64,000 bases of DNA from Amoebophrya sp. A120 (Eukaryota > Protista > Dinoflagellata). The notes under the pieces are model-generated. The model saw only the letters and a list, made by a program, of their open reading frames with translations. It was not told where the DNA came from and did not search any database. The stretch is from the NCBI GenBank assembly GCA_905178155.1, contig CAJINV010000002.1, positions 6,304,476-6,368,475 on the forward strand. Reading direction: 5' to 3'. Made by a program: the position numbers and the translations under genes. Below are positions 29,029-41,174 of the stretch, in pieces. Position 1 is the first letter of the stretch, and every line of letters starts with the position of its first letter.

Positions 29029-29828
29029 TTTATGTGTTCGGAATGTTCATTCGACAACCCTTTCGCAGCGGATCTATTATGATCTGGAAACAGGAAATCG
29101 CTAGAAGTGATCCTATTTGATTTTCATACATACGTAAACGCAAAGACATAAACGATGGGTATGGGCAATAAGCGAGTCCACGATAATGCAAGAAATGGAG
29201 TACTGTGTCGACGAGTAGCGAAAGTTCACGAATAAAGCGATGTAATGTATACGATTTTCCACAAGGTGGGGCGATGTAGTCCTTCTCTCACTGTATCTGA
29301 TCCTGAAACGACCGATAGATAAAAATCCAAAAAGTTTTTCATGTCGGCTGCGCGACGTGAAAACATCGACCGAATATAAATATCGAAAAACACTATTTCA
29401 GCACTCGTCAGTTCCACCTGACGACAACAAAAAAAACACCGACCGCAGCCATCTTACATTTTACCAAAAAGAACCGATGAGTGTTTTTTGTTCGCGCTGC
29501 AGATTGATAGATTGTCTTTACACCGTCATTTCTATTGCATACAGTCAAAGGGCAGGCAACCGATTTTCACTGTGCGCGGAGAACATCACCAGGCACTGCA
29601 ACCGCTTTTTTCGGTTTGACAAACAAAATCGCTATCCGAAGGTTGAAATTTGAATGACATAATGAACATAGACATACTGGTGTGGTTGCGCAATAAATGT
29701 ACTTATCTATCAGATTCGCTTTCACGCCCATACGAGCTCCGCATCACCTCTTTCACTGCCCGACAACAAGACCAGACAGCTTGTTCCAACTCAGTTATAC
29801 TTCTAAAAGCACCTCACAAAAACAGCCT

Positions 29829-32800
29829 TCACGGCCCTTTGACGCAGTACTTCGCGAGCTGTCCCAGCGAGCTGTCCATGTTGCTGGAGGTTTTGTCCCG
29901 GCCGAAATAGGCGCTCATGAGTTTCTGCGTGATTTGGTCGCGCTGTTCCTTGTTCGCCGCGCCGGCGGACGCCGACCCCACATCCTGGTTCTCGTCGACC
30001 GCGAAAAAACCAGCGTCGAGCCCGTTGTAACCGTCCTCAAAAAACTCGTCGTCGTCGCCAAAGCAGGATGCCTCCTCCGAATCCTCGTCGGAGAAGTCCT
30101 GCAACTTGTCGCTCGCATCGTCCCCGAAGAAGCTGTATCAAATGCAAAAATGTCTGGGTCTGGAAGATTCTAAACTTGTGATGCTGTCTCTGGATTCAAA
30201 AAAAAATGAGTGTATTGCGTGACCTGCAAGAGGACTCCACCAGTTTGGGCTACACGGAGAGGGGCTTTCTCATGCGGAATAGGCATTAGGAAGCCCCCTA
30301 AAAATCAGTGATGCTCGTGCATGCATTACAGACTTCACGGGTCATGCAAAATATGCATGACAAAGCTGCCAATCTTCCAGACCCAGACATTTTTACAGTC
30401 GATAAGCTGCACGTGGTGTCCACGTTGGACACCTGACTGTGGTTGGGGTGGTTGTGGTTGGCGTTGTGGTTGTTTATTGCCATCTGTGAATTAGTATGCT
30501 GCTGCTGGTCCAAGGCCAAAATCTTCTGCTTCAAGAGCAGCAAAAGTTCGTGGACCAAACCGGATTGAGAGGGTGCTGTCACCGAAGCAGCAGTCATGGT
30601 ACTTGCAGTAGACACCGCTGGTGGCGTAGCGGACCCAGTTGTTCTCGTCGTACTATCAGCCGGCGCTCCTGCAACTACACAGCTCCTTCCCTCCAAACCT
30701 AAAACTCCCGCGACCAACTGCTTCTCTGCCGTTACGTTCATCTTAGCGAGGTCATTATTAGCGGCCATTACGTGGTTCTTAGCGAGGTTCCCGATCGCGA
30801 ACAACTGCTCAATCGCCTGGGAATAGAAAGCCCGGCGCTGCTTGTTCGATAGCATGAAGTTCGTGAATTCCAAAGAAGCGTTGGGGTGAAGGGTTCCGGA
30901 GGGTGTTGCTGCCGTTGGACCTCCAAGGTTGACAGTAATGTCGAACGCAGCCGAAATGAACCGCGCAAACCGCTCGGCGCCAGAAAGAGGTCTTGTACTC
31001 CCTCCATCAGGACTAGATTCGCGGACGAAGAAGCGGAGGAAAATTTCTGGCATCTTCGCCAACAGCTTCACCAGTGTCGCGAGATAAATTCGCTTCAGCC
31101 GGTTTGTGATTTTCGCTGGCGTCGCCGGTGCAGTCGTGTTCCGCTCAAGTAAATCAATGAAGGGCTGCAGCTTCGCGATGGATCCAGGAATCAAGAGGGC
31201 TTTACAACCAACACCTTCCGGCTGTCGTGCAAGACGAACGTCTTCCTCCAAGAAGACCGACTTTTGCTTCTCGTGCATCAGCACCACCGCGTCCAGTAAA
31301 CTGGTCACCGCGAAGTGAGACTCGTAGGCGTTTCTTTCGACCGCGAGCGCAACGACGTCGAACAGCATCTCGTAGACGGTTTGACCCTTCTCTAGTTCTG
31401 AGAGAAAACTGCTCAGTGGGAAAGCCGTGTGACTTCTTTCCGCAGTTGCTACTTGTCCCCTGGAAGTAGTGAAAGGTGGCACCCTGTAGTCCGCCCCAGG
31501 CCACTGCCGCATCGCCTTCACTTTCGCAGTAGTGAACATCGTCGCTAAATTTGGCATTTCAATTCGCACCGACTGTTGACTCTGGCCACCCGCATTTTTT
31601 TGCACAACCACGAGCTCGTAGAAAGAAGAGTCATTCGGCGCGAAAAAGCCCCCGGAAAGCAATTCCCCCACGGCAGAGCTGTTCCCTTTTTGCCTTGAGA
31701 ACTCAATACCCGGAAAGTTTCCAGTTTCCGCGAACTCGCGCATGCCTTTTCGCATGGTCTCGACCAAACCGTCTTCCCCTCCTTCGCCTGGAGCGTCGCT
31801 AGTCAAAATGCAGGACGGTTTGGCTTGCAACAACTGCATCACCTGAGCACAACTCCCAGACGTCGTCGCGAGAGCTGTTGATGTACTACTATCGACGTCC
31901 ACGGTTCTTTCAATCCAGTGTACCTCTGTGTTAGCCACGTCGAAAGACTGTTTGAGGAAAGGCAGCAGCTCGCCATTCAAGGCCGGGAGAACAAACCGCA
32001 TGGCATCCCTCCCACATAAATGCGCGGGTCCGAAAACTGCCTCTCCCAGAATCTCGTCCGAAAACCGGAGCAAAACATTCCGCACCATAGCGTGCACGAA
32101 CTCCAACTGCTCCAGCCCGGCCGTGTTGGTCGTGTACTGCAGCTTCAACACTGCGGCCACGGGGGCTTCAAGGCCATGGTTTACGTTCTGTTGCGAAGCA
32201 GCATTTGGAACTTCCCGCTCCACCTTCGGTTTGCAGCACACCAAGTGCACCAACTGGATCACCAACTTCACCAACTCGGGATGAAAGGCGCACTCCAGCG
32301 TGACCATGGCAAGCATTTCACCAAACATGTCAATGTAGTCGTCAATCAAATCCAACTCCAAGACCTTCTCCACCAGCGGCTTCAACGCCAGCCCCGCGTG
32401 CGCCAAATCCATACGCTTCTGCTGGAGAGCGGTTGATGAAGTTGCGGTGGCGCCGGGGATAAATTTCACGCTTGCATTAGGAGCAAGCGCAGCAGCACCT
32501 GCACCACTACTGCTATTGCTACTACTTCCTTGCTGCACCTGCTGCAGCAGCAATTTCATCAACTGTGTCACACAGCCGGAAATGGATTCGTTGTGCAAAC
32601 ACATCTGGTCCGACTCGCGCATTTCATAATCCTCAATACAGAGGTTTTTCACCAACGTTGCCACAAGTTCCAGCATCAGATCCGAAACGTGAGGTAAAAC
32701 GATCTGGGGAAAGGCGGCAGAAATTGCGGACAGGGTTTCCGGGATCAAGTCCGAGTGCGACTCCTGGGACAGCCGAACCAAATTCACCACCAAGGCGCAG

Positions 32801-35800
32801 CTGGTCGTGGTGTTTTGATTCTGAGACGGCGCACTTCCCCGTGTAGAAGTCGTTACGGCGTTCAGAATCTGGACGAAGAAAGAGAGGTTAGAACAACCAG
32901 CGCCATTATTCAGTTGCTGCTGATTTTCCACGCGCTTCCACTCCTCCACGAAATACCGAAGTTCTGTCGCGGCGGTCGCTCTCAAGATCCAGTCGCTGTT
33001 CGTTGTACTGTCGTTGCAATTCTGGATTGTGCTCGTGGAGATAATCGTCTCGACCGCGGTTTGCGTCACGGTGGATAACAATTTCAACCGGTCGTCGTGC
33101 ATTGTTTGTGCACCGCCGGGATGGACGCTCGTTTGCTGCACCAAAGCTAATTTCCCATTGGAGAACGCTTTTCCCATCGCGTATTGCGACAACACCTGAA
33201 ACGCGGCGAACTGGAGCAGCTTTTCGGCGGTGCTGAGGTTATTATTACTACTACCTCCCGAACCCGAGGAAGAATTGCTGCTACTTACGTGCAGACATGT
33301 CAGCACGTTTTGGGACAAAACGGTCCACAAAGCCTGTTTCATTTCCCCGGTCTGGTCGTGCTCGCTGCAAACTTGCAGAAACGTCGTCTTCAGCAACTTC
33401 AGCATGTTCAGTGCCCCGGAGTAATTGCGAAGCCTAGAACTTTGAAGGTTTTGCGCGGTATTTGCTTGTTCACTCTGCTGGTCAGAGCTGCTGGTGGCAC
33501 AACTGCCTGCGTTAGCATTCCCTTCGGTGGTACTAGCAAACACGCTCGAAAGGAAGCTCATGGTCGGCAGAAACATGGCCTGCGTGCGGTGCTTCGCTAG
33601 TTGCTTCACCAATTTTTCCGCCGCGGAACGCGGCGACTTCAGCATTGCAAAGCAATCCGTCTGGATCCGCAAAAACTCCTCCGGATCCTGCTCGTAGAGC
33701 TCGATATCGGAGGCATTGAAGCAGAGTAAGGGAAAGCAGACCTTCTCGATCACGATCTGCATCTGGGGCTTCAGCTCCTTGAAGCAGGACGAAAAGTCGC
33801 AGGCTTCGGTGAGAATCAATAGCGTCAGCGTTTTGGACTTTTTCAGTTTCTGCTGGCTAGAACTACTGCTCGCAGTAGAAGTTCCGGTGGCAGTGACTGA
33901 GGAAGTTGCTGCTGATGTTGAAAACAGGTCCAAAATGCTCAACACGCCCTTCGTCATCACCAGGGCATACTTTTGTTTGAACTCTTCCTGAAATTTTTGC
34001 AGCACAACCTCTTCCGACGCTTCGTCCAGATCCACTTTCAAATGCTTGTGGAACATGCGGAAGCAGATCCGCAGCGCCCACTTCAAACTCGACAACTGCG
34101 ACACTTCCGCGGCGGCTTCGTTGTTTTCTGGACCACTAGAAGCCACGCCACGCCCTTGCTTGCCGTTTACCTCAATAACCTTGTACACCACCGTCATCCA
34201 AGGCTCCAGGTTTTCCACGATAAACTGGTCTAAGGAGTGGTATACGGCATGGTAGTACATCTTGAGAACCAGTCGGGTGACCTCCCAGTAGTAGTACTTG
34301 ACTTGGTCGTGTGCAGCTGCTCCTTGGTTGTCGTCACATTTATTATTTTTCGCTGCACAGTTTTCCAGTACGGAGTCCGCCAAAACGCGCAGGACCGGGA
34401 AGAAAACTTGGATCAGTTTCTCGAAAAACGGCCCTCGCTGCAAACCCCGCGACATTTCCAAACCCTTGAAAATTCCCCGAAGGAATAGAAGCGTCGCGTG
34501 CAACTCCGGCAGGGAGGAAGAGGATAAGGCTTCTTTGCGCTGCAGTGGATCATTCGATGCGTTTGGTTGGGCTGGTGCGACGAGGCTTTCCACTTGTTGC
34601 TTCAGCATTGGCAAAACCTTCTGCTCCACAACATTTTCCATAAAATTACTCGAATCCTTCCGGAGCAACAGCCGCACGACCTCTTGAAACAACTTCGCAA
34701 ACGTCTGTTTCAGCTGAAAATGCTGCTTTTTGAACAGATCCTCTTCGGTCTTCATCGGCTTTAACAAGGCTGTCGCTGATGTTCCCGTCGTCGCAGGAAT
34801 TTTACCGCTCTTGATAGGAGTACCTGCCGCCCCTCTTTCCGCCGGCTGAAAAGGAGAACTAGAGCTACTTGCTGCATGCGAGGTTTGACTCTGCCCGCCC
34901 AGCACTGCAGATAGTTGTTCTTCTTTCGCCGCCAAAAATCTCGCAATAGTCTGCATCAGTTCCAGCAAGTTCCAGCGCAGATAGTCTTCGTCGGGACCAC
35001 CGTCTTTCTGGGCGGCGGTAGTACTGGAGCCGCCATCTTTGCTATCTGAGTTCTTTGCACTGCCCGCGGAACCAGCAGATGAAGATTTGTTGTCTAAAAC
35101 CTTCCCCGCTCGGTTCTTCAAGTACACGAAGCAGGCCTGCAGCACCGTGTACTGCTGTTTTTGCGCGACAAAATCGCCGGCAGCGATAGTATTCTCCTGG
35201 CATAGTTCCACGATGGTTTGGAAGAGCAGCTTATCAAATGTAAAAGTGTCTGGGTCTGGAAGAATCATGCTGTTTCTGCATGACACAGAAGGTCTGGCAT
35301 GGAAGCTCTAGCATCACAGGTTTCGAGAAGCTTCCGCAATGCCGAATCCGCATGACAAGTCTGCCACTTTGGTGACAGAAGTGAGCAGCTTTTGCTGCCT
35401 ATGCATCAGAGATTTTTGTGTGTTCTGAAATGCGCATCACAAGTTACATCCTTCCAGACCCAGACATTTTTACACTTGATACAGCTGGAATTTTTGCGGC
35501 GAAGATTCCAATTCCTTTATCAAAAGGAAAAATCCCCCCTCCCCATATCGAAAACGAAATTTGTGATGCTGTATTTGAGTACACAAATCAGGTTTGTATT
35601 GCAGAGAGGCATTGCGGCCAGATCCCCAGGCTAGGTAGGGGCGTATGGCTCTAGTTGTGCAGCATGGCAAGCGGCTCCCTTTTAGGCCTCACAGCATGAC
35701 AAATCGCTTCCATAATGGGGCGGAAGCTTCTGCCCTTATCTTCTTGCAAGACAAATGTGATTTGTGACCTCAAATCAGCAACACAAATTTCCGGACTGTA

Positions 35801-35976
35801 CCTGTTCGATATGGGGTGGGGGGATTTTTCCTTTTGATATCCTTCAAAATTAACTCGCCCTGCAGCCGCGTGTCGCTGTTCGCGGCGAAGGTGGCCGCGA
35901 ACGCCTGCTTTAGGATGGCGGTGGTTTGGTTCGCCGGGGGTGTTACCGCGGGGGAGGACTGCTGCGGATGCTGCAT
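29829..35976 (-). CDS. Importin-7/8 (Nmd5/Sxm1-like) importin-beta family protein
   Basis: N-terminal TRLQGELILKELE; KWALRICFRMF; FPLLCFNASDIELYEQDPEEFLR...SPRSAA; acidic C-terminus. Three introners removed in frame; many low-complexity insertions. Confidence 0.8.
30136..30404. mobile_element. TIR introner, family A
   Basis: TATCAAATGCAAAAATGTCTGGGTCTGGAAG / CTTCCAGACCCAGACATTTTTACAGTCGATA; perfect direct repeat AGCTG; excision gives DTTCSFFGDDASD. Confidence 0.92.
35232..35481. mobile_element. TIR introner, family A
   Basis: TATCAAATGTAAAAGTGTCTGGGTCTGGAAG / CTTCCAGACCCAGACATTTTTACACTTGATA; perfect direct repeat CAGCT; excision gives QKFQLLFQTIVE. Confidence 0.92.
35518..35839. mobile_element. 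TIR introner, family F
   Basis: TATCAAAAGGAAAAATCCCCCCTCCCCATATCGAA / TTCGATATGGGGTGGGGGGATTTTTCCTTTTGATA; perfect direct repeat TCCTT; excision gives ELILKELESS. Confidence 0.92.
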
Positions 35977-37218
35977 TTTGAAGGCCACTGTCGTACTAAG
36001 TTGTTGCGTACGCGCCCAGTCTTGGTGACCACTGCGCCGCCCAAAGTACGTAATTAGGGACAGATTTCGTCAGTAGAGAGGTCGTCCCGGTAGTACGGTT
36101 GTCGAATGGCGGTCCTCGTGCTGGACGCTTACAATCCACTTCTTCAACTAACTTTGCATGTCTTGGTAGAAATTATGGATCTGACATACGATGCACTCTT
36201 TCCACCGACAAAGAAAATTAGTCACAACGAAACTTTTTACTCACACAGAACAAGTTCGCTGTTGCCTGCTTCTCATCGTCGACACCAAACTGGTATTTGA
36301 ATGATATGGCTGCATCTATGCACGTGCTTGAGGACCTGCATTGTGCATGGCAAGAAGAGCCACCACCTTGACCTTCCTCAGATCTCCCAGTGCGGTGTGT
36401 TGGATCAACGTGCATTCTGGATCCGAAACGATCCAAACTGATCCTCTTCCGAGTCAGACTAGCCAACACGACGTAGCACGGAGAGCGTAATTCGAAATCT
36501 AGATCGCTACTTTCTTTTCGCTTATTTCGATCGAAAGTACAACTATTCTAGTCTTCAGCTTCACTATAGCCGCAAAATTTCGCACCCACAGACCGAGATT
36601 TTTTTCTTCTTGCTTGCCGTCGATCTCCTTTCGCAGATGAACAATTTGTGTCCGGAGGAAGCAGATCTCTTGTGGCTTGGCCAAGCCTCGCAGGCACAGC
36701 CTGCTTCTTTGCAAAGATCTTCTGGTAGTATCTATGTATTGTAAAATCGATCTTCTTCTTCACTTGAGTATTGTTTAGGGTGGAGATTCGTAAATGTAGT
36801 TATGTGTAGTTCTCAGCTCTGTTGTGTAGCGCGAAGCTCTCTGCAGTAGTGATGCTGTATTGGCTTTAGTTCTTCGATAGTTCTTTAATTGCACTCGTTC
36901 CATAAAGGGGATTCAGTTGTGAAGATGTAGACAAAGAAATAGGGGTGCGATCATAGTATGAAAAAATAGCAAAAAACTACAGTGGGGAAAAGTTACATTA
37001 CAGGAGCTCCCTCATGAAATGGCAAAAATGGTATCTCAGAATTAGTACGTACTGGTGGTTAAATGCAAAGAAAAATTTCCAAAATACAAATACTCGCATG
37101 GATCACCGCTGGGTGACCAAAAAAAAAACCGCGATGCGGCCCGAATACAGCATGTCCTTCTTGTCAAACCGCTATGTTTATGTTGTAATTTGAGTCTCCA
37201 GTGATGAACTACGAGAAT

Positions 37219-39530
37219 TCACTGCTCTTGTACGTTTTCTAAATTTACCTTCTTCTCCTCCCCGGCGGGGCTTTGTCCACGATCTGCAAGACGAATTCCA
37301 GTGGTTCGCTTATCCTGAGGAAAAGCGTCCCCACACCAGAGTCGAGATGGGAAATCTGCTAGACAAATCAACCAGATTTGGTTGCTTCGCATGACAAGTT
37401 CGTCCCCGTAGTGTTATCCTGTTTCGGTAGTTCAGAAGCATTACAGATCTAGCATAGCATGCTGATTCTAGCATCACAAATTCCAAAACACGAACAGAAC
37501 ACGCTTCTTATAGGGCTCCGCATGAGAAATCTTTTTGGCATGCAGAATTGCATGACAACTCTGGGGTGGAGACGTTTTTACACAGGATATCGTTCGGGCT
37601 TTCCAACAAGTGGTTCTCGACGACGTCGCGCAAATTTTCCTCGTCGTCCAGTACTTTTAAAAACCCCCCGTTCTGCACCCACCGGCCGAAGCGGAACTAT
37701 CCAAGAAAAAAAGTGTGTACGTGTAACTTTTTTGCAGGAACAGCATCACAGATTTGTTTTGCATGACAGAGAAAACCTGCCATGCGTAGCTAGTACGCGA
37801 AAACACGTAGGAAAATAGCCTCTGACGCATATCCAGCATGAGAAGTGTAACTGCATTGCAACATCTGCAAGACAAAGTTACACTTACACAGTTTTTTCCT
37901 TGCATAGGAACTGCTTCGCCTTCAGCCGCTCCATCTCCTTGTCCGGCGTCGGGTCGGCGGCGTTCAAGAACAGCGAGAGCTCCTGCTGCTCCTCCCTCTT
38001 CGTTTGCGCGTCGTGGATCGCCTTGATTTCGGTGGACAAGTCGAACATGGTCCGGGTCACCCCGCTATACATTGCAAACATGTCTGAATCTGGAAGCTTG
38101 CCAGGTTGTCATGCTTGTCTCACATGACTCTTACCTCTGTGATGCATGAGCAGGGAAAGAGCCTTTTCCCTGTCACGCAAAAGGAAAAGGAAAAGCGTGC
38201 ATGCGGAACGTGCATTACACATTACAGCACTGCCAAAACTTGTCATGCTTGGCTGCGCATTGCAGTGCGCCCACCGCTGGCAGACTTGCATCACAAGTTT
38301 CCAAACCCAGACAGATTTGCAGTGGATACCCGCCGGACTCCCGCACGATTTTCGCCTCGAAAAACCGGTCGATGAACCCCTCGGTGTCGTTATCCAAGAA
38401 AAAAACATTGCTAGTGTAAATTTGTGATGCGCAATATGCAAGATGATTGCGCCTGTCATGCTTGGCATGCATCGTAGGGTCCATTAAAGGGCGTATTCAC
38501 GTGCTATCTGCGCATGACAGGTTTTTGCTGTCATGCCAGACAAATTTGTAATGCTGTTCCTCCAAAAAAGTTACAGCTACAATGTTTTTTTCTTGGATAG
38601 TCGTCCTTGATCACCTTGTGGTTCATGGGCAGCGCCTGCGCCGACTCGATCAGGAAGTCGCACAACCCGTAGAACAGGTCCCAGTCCTCCTGGGTCACAA
38701 ACCGCACCACCACCTCCTTTTTCGTGGGGGTTTCGAACCGCATCCGGCGGGATTCCCGCGGAAAGGGAAACAGCTCGGATTTGTACCGTTTCATCTGGTC
38801 GCGCTGCGTCAAGTACGCGTAGCGGTTCAGCAACGCGGACACCGCGGGGCGTTTTTTCAGCCGGTCCATCACATTCTTCGTCGGTTTGGGCACGAAAGCG
38901 CGGATATCAAGTGCAAAAATGTCTGGGTCTGGGAGATTCCGAGATTTGTCATGCTTGTCTGGCATGACCAAGAAGCTTGTGATGCGTGTCCAAGAAGAGA
39001 CCCTTTTGACTGTCATGCAAAAACGTAGTTTGTCATGCGAAAAACGCAACACAAGGAAGCGCAGATATTTCCCATGCTTGGCTGTGCATTACAGAGCATT
39101 CACAATTCCCAACGCAGCATTACAAGTTTCCAGACCCAGACATTTTTACATTTGATAGCGGACCTCCATGTGGTTCCGCGCGTTCGGGGCCTTATCGAAC
39201 AGAAACCTGGAAAGATTTTTTGTTTTTGAAGCGCGGTCGTGTAGTTCACGAGAAGTGTCGCTCAACAAGTGAGTGGTACAAAAAGTAGACGCTATGCACA
39301 ATTGGCAAGAGAGGGTAGAAGTTGTTTACGTGCAGCTAGACAACAACTTGCAGAATTGTAATGGCAGCTACAGGCTAAGTACCGCAACAGCGTTTTTTCC
39401 CGGTGGCGCATCATGGGTGGGGGGATCATGCGCATGGCTTCATACGCATACGGGTCTTCTTTCAAATCGTACAATGCCTCGTTGTTCACCTCCGGCTCCA
39501 CGTGTGCCTCCGTTGCTTCGTCTTCGCATT
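37219..39530 (-). CDS. Hypothetical protein interrupted by five consecutive introners; may be the 3' part of the gene at 39735-41174
   Basis: Continuous frame after excision: ...HMEVRAFVPKP...KVIKDDTEGFIDRFF...RESGGVTRTMF...AKQFRFGRWVQ...ESPNEPLEFVLQ...VQEQ*. One GT-AG intron at 39207-39382. Confidence 0.75.
37311..37589. mobile_element. TIR introner, family G
   Basis: TATCCTGAGGAAAAGCGTCCCCACACCAGAGT / ACTCTGGGGTGGAGACGTTTTTACACAGGATA; direct repeat TCGCT/TCGTT. Confidence 0.87.
37698..37906. mobile_element. TIR introner, family B (209 bp)
   Basis: TATCCAAGAAAAAAAGTGTGT / ACACAGTTTTTTCCTTGCATA; perfect direct repeat GGAAC. Confidence 0.9.
38066..38328. mobile_element. TIR introner, family A
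   Basis: TATACATTGCAAACATGTCTGAATCTGGAAG / TTTCCAAACCCAGACAGATTTGCAGTGGATA; perfect direct repeat CCCGC. Confidence 0.9.
38391..38599. mobile_element. TIR introner, family B (209 bp), inverted relative to 37698-37906
   Basis: TATCCAAGAAAAAAACATTG / CAATGTTTTTTTCTTGGATA; perfect direct repeat GTCGT. Confidence 0.92.
38905..39157. mobile_element. TIR introner, family A
   Basis: TATCAAGTGCAAAAATGTCTGGGTCTGG / CCAGACCCAGACATTTTTACATTTGATA; perfect direct repeat GCGGA; interior is a reverse-complement homolog of 225-487. Confidence 0.92.
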
Positions 39531-39734
39531 TAACTATGCATAGGAAATCTTTAAAATCGACACCGGCGAGTTAGTTGGGCTGCAATTTGTGTCGTGTGGC
39601 ATCAACTGCTTGGATGAAGATGTTGAAACACCTGCACGACCCTCGTCTGACTTTGCATGAACATCACCCGCGCGCGATGCTGCGCGTGCGGTCGACAACA
39701 TACAACGGATAATTATAACTTCATCTTCTTCTTT

Positions 39735-41174
39735 TCACGACATGAATTTTAGCAGCACGCCAACTTGAGCAGGAGATCTCGAAAACTTGTCACATCTAAA
39801 TCCGATAGCATCAATGGGCGCTGTGAAAAGGCAGTGCACCGGCGTGCCGGACGACGTCTCCTGCGGAAAGAGTTCGTCCAAAACGCCCTGATACGCTTTG
39901 ATGCGCTTCCGCACACCCTTCAGCAACTGGGTCTTGACGTCCTTGACCGTTTTCACCGGGAGGTCCTCGCCGTCGATCAGAGGCAAAACTTCTTCGGACA
40001 AAACGGTGCCGGACGCGTTGAAGATTTTCCACAGTTTTTGCTTCAGCTCAAAGGACTCGGCCTCCGACCGGATCATGTAATCGTGATCCTGGAAGTCGTT
40101 CGTTTGGAACCGCTATGCACTGCAAAAATGTCTGGGTCTGGAAGAATGCAACTTGTGATGCTGGCTTTGGATTCTAAGAAGATTTGTGTTGCATGAACAG
40201 CAACAGAGGTGCAATTTTTTCTCAGCGGAAAAGGCATTTCTGATGCGGTATGAGCATCAGAAAGCCCACCTCGCAGAATCTCTGATATGCTACAGCATGC
40301 GTCACGGACCTCACGGGTCATGCAAAATCTGCATGACAAACTCCTGCACTCTTCCAGACCCAGACATATTTGCATTTGATAACCGTACCCGCACCTTCAA
40401 CTCCGTGACCGGGTGAAACATGTTCATGTCCACAACGTACGCGCGTTTTTTTGCCAGCGACTCCTCGTCCAGCAGAGTGGAGTCGGTTTGTTTTGATACG
40501 TCATGAAGGGGAAAAAACTTTTGCCAACTCCTTGCTCAAATTCAAATTGCTGGAATTCGGAATTTTTACAACTAACTTGCTTGGCGACGCATAGAAAAGT
40601 GCAATATCAACATGCAAAGTTTTATTGCGACTTGCACGATGAGTTCATCCGGCGTTCGAATTTCTCGTGACAAAAGACTCGAACTCCGAATCTTCACAGC
40701 CTGAAACTCTTTGTTTTCAATCGAAAGAGCAGTTGGACCACGTCTTTCCCCTTCTGGATACTTCTTCTCCTGGACTTTGAACAGCTTCGGAAAAAAGTAG
40801 TAGTTGAACCCGGAGGAGCTGCAGATCGGCTTTTGCAGCCGGGCCTGGGCCGCGGCCAGCAGCGATTGGTAGTGCTGCGACGACTTCTGCGCGACGAAGC
40901 TGAGGCTCTGCTGCTGCGCATTGTAGCTGCTGCCGCCCATCATCGTGGGGCCGCCGCGCGGCGTGCCGACGGGCGTGTTCACCGACGGCGTGCTGATGTT
41001 GGTGCCCCGGGGGGTCAGCATGGCCGCCGCGAGGTTGGAGGTGCCGCCGCGGGGGGTCATGCTCCCGCCCCGTGGCGTACCCGCGCCCATCGTCGCCGTC
41101 GCCGTGTTGCCCATCCCCCCGCGCGGAGTCACCAGGGCGCGCAGCGAGGTGCTGGCGGTCTCAAAGTAACCCAT
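39735..41174 (-). CDS. Hypothetical protein with N-terminal TPRG(G) repeats (multi-exon)
   Basis: ORF 40572..41174, then an exon of about 40387-40495 joined to ORF 39735..40076 by excision of 40114-40381 (LKVRVRFQTNDFQDHDYMIRSE). The junction near 40500-40760 is unresolved. Confidence 0.6.
40114..40381. mobile_element. TIR introner, family A
   Basis: TATGCACTGCAAAAATGTCTGGGTCTGGAAG / CTTCCAGACCCAGACATATTTGCATTTGATA; direct repeat ACCGC/ACCGT; interior homologous to 30136-30404. Confidence 0.9.

Noticed and set aside
40495-40762. Possible additional introner (GAAGGGGAAA / TTTCCCCTTC inverted repeat, GATAC direct repeat)
   Set aside because: One end lacks a clear TAT terminus and joining at GATAC is out of frame; junction unresolved.
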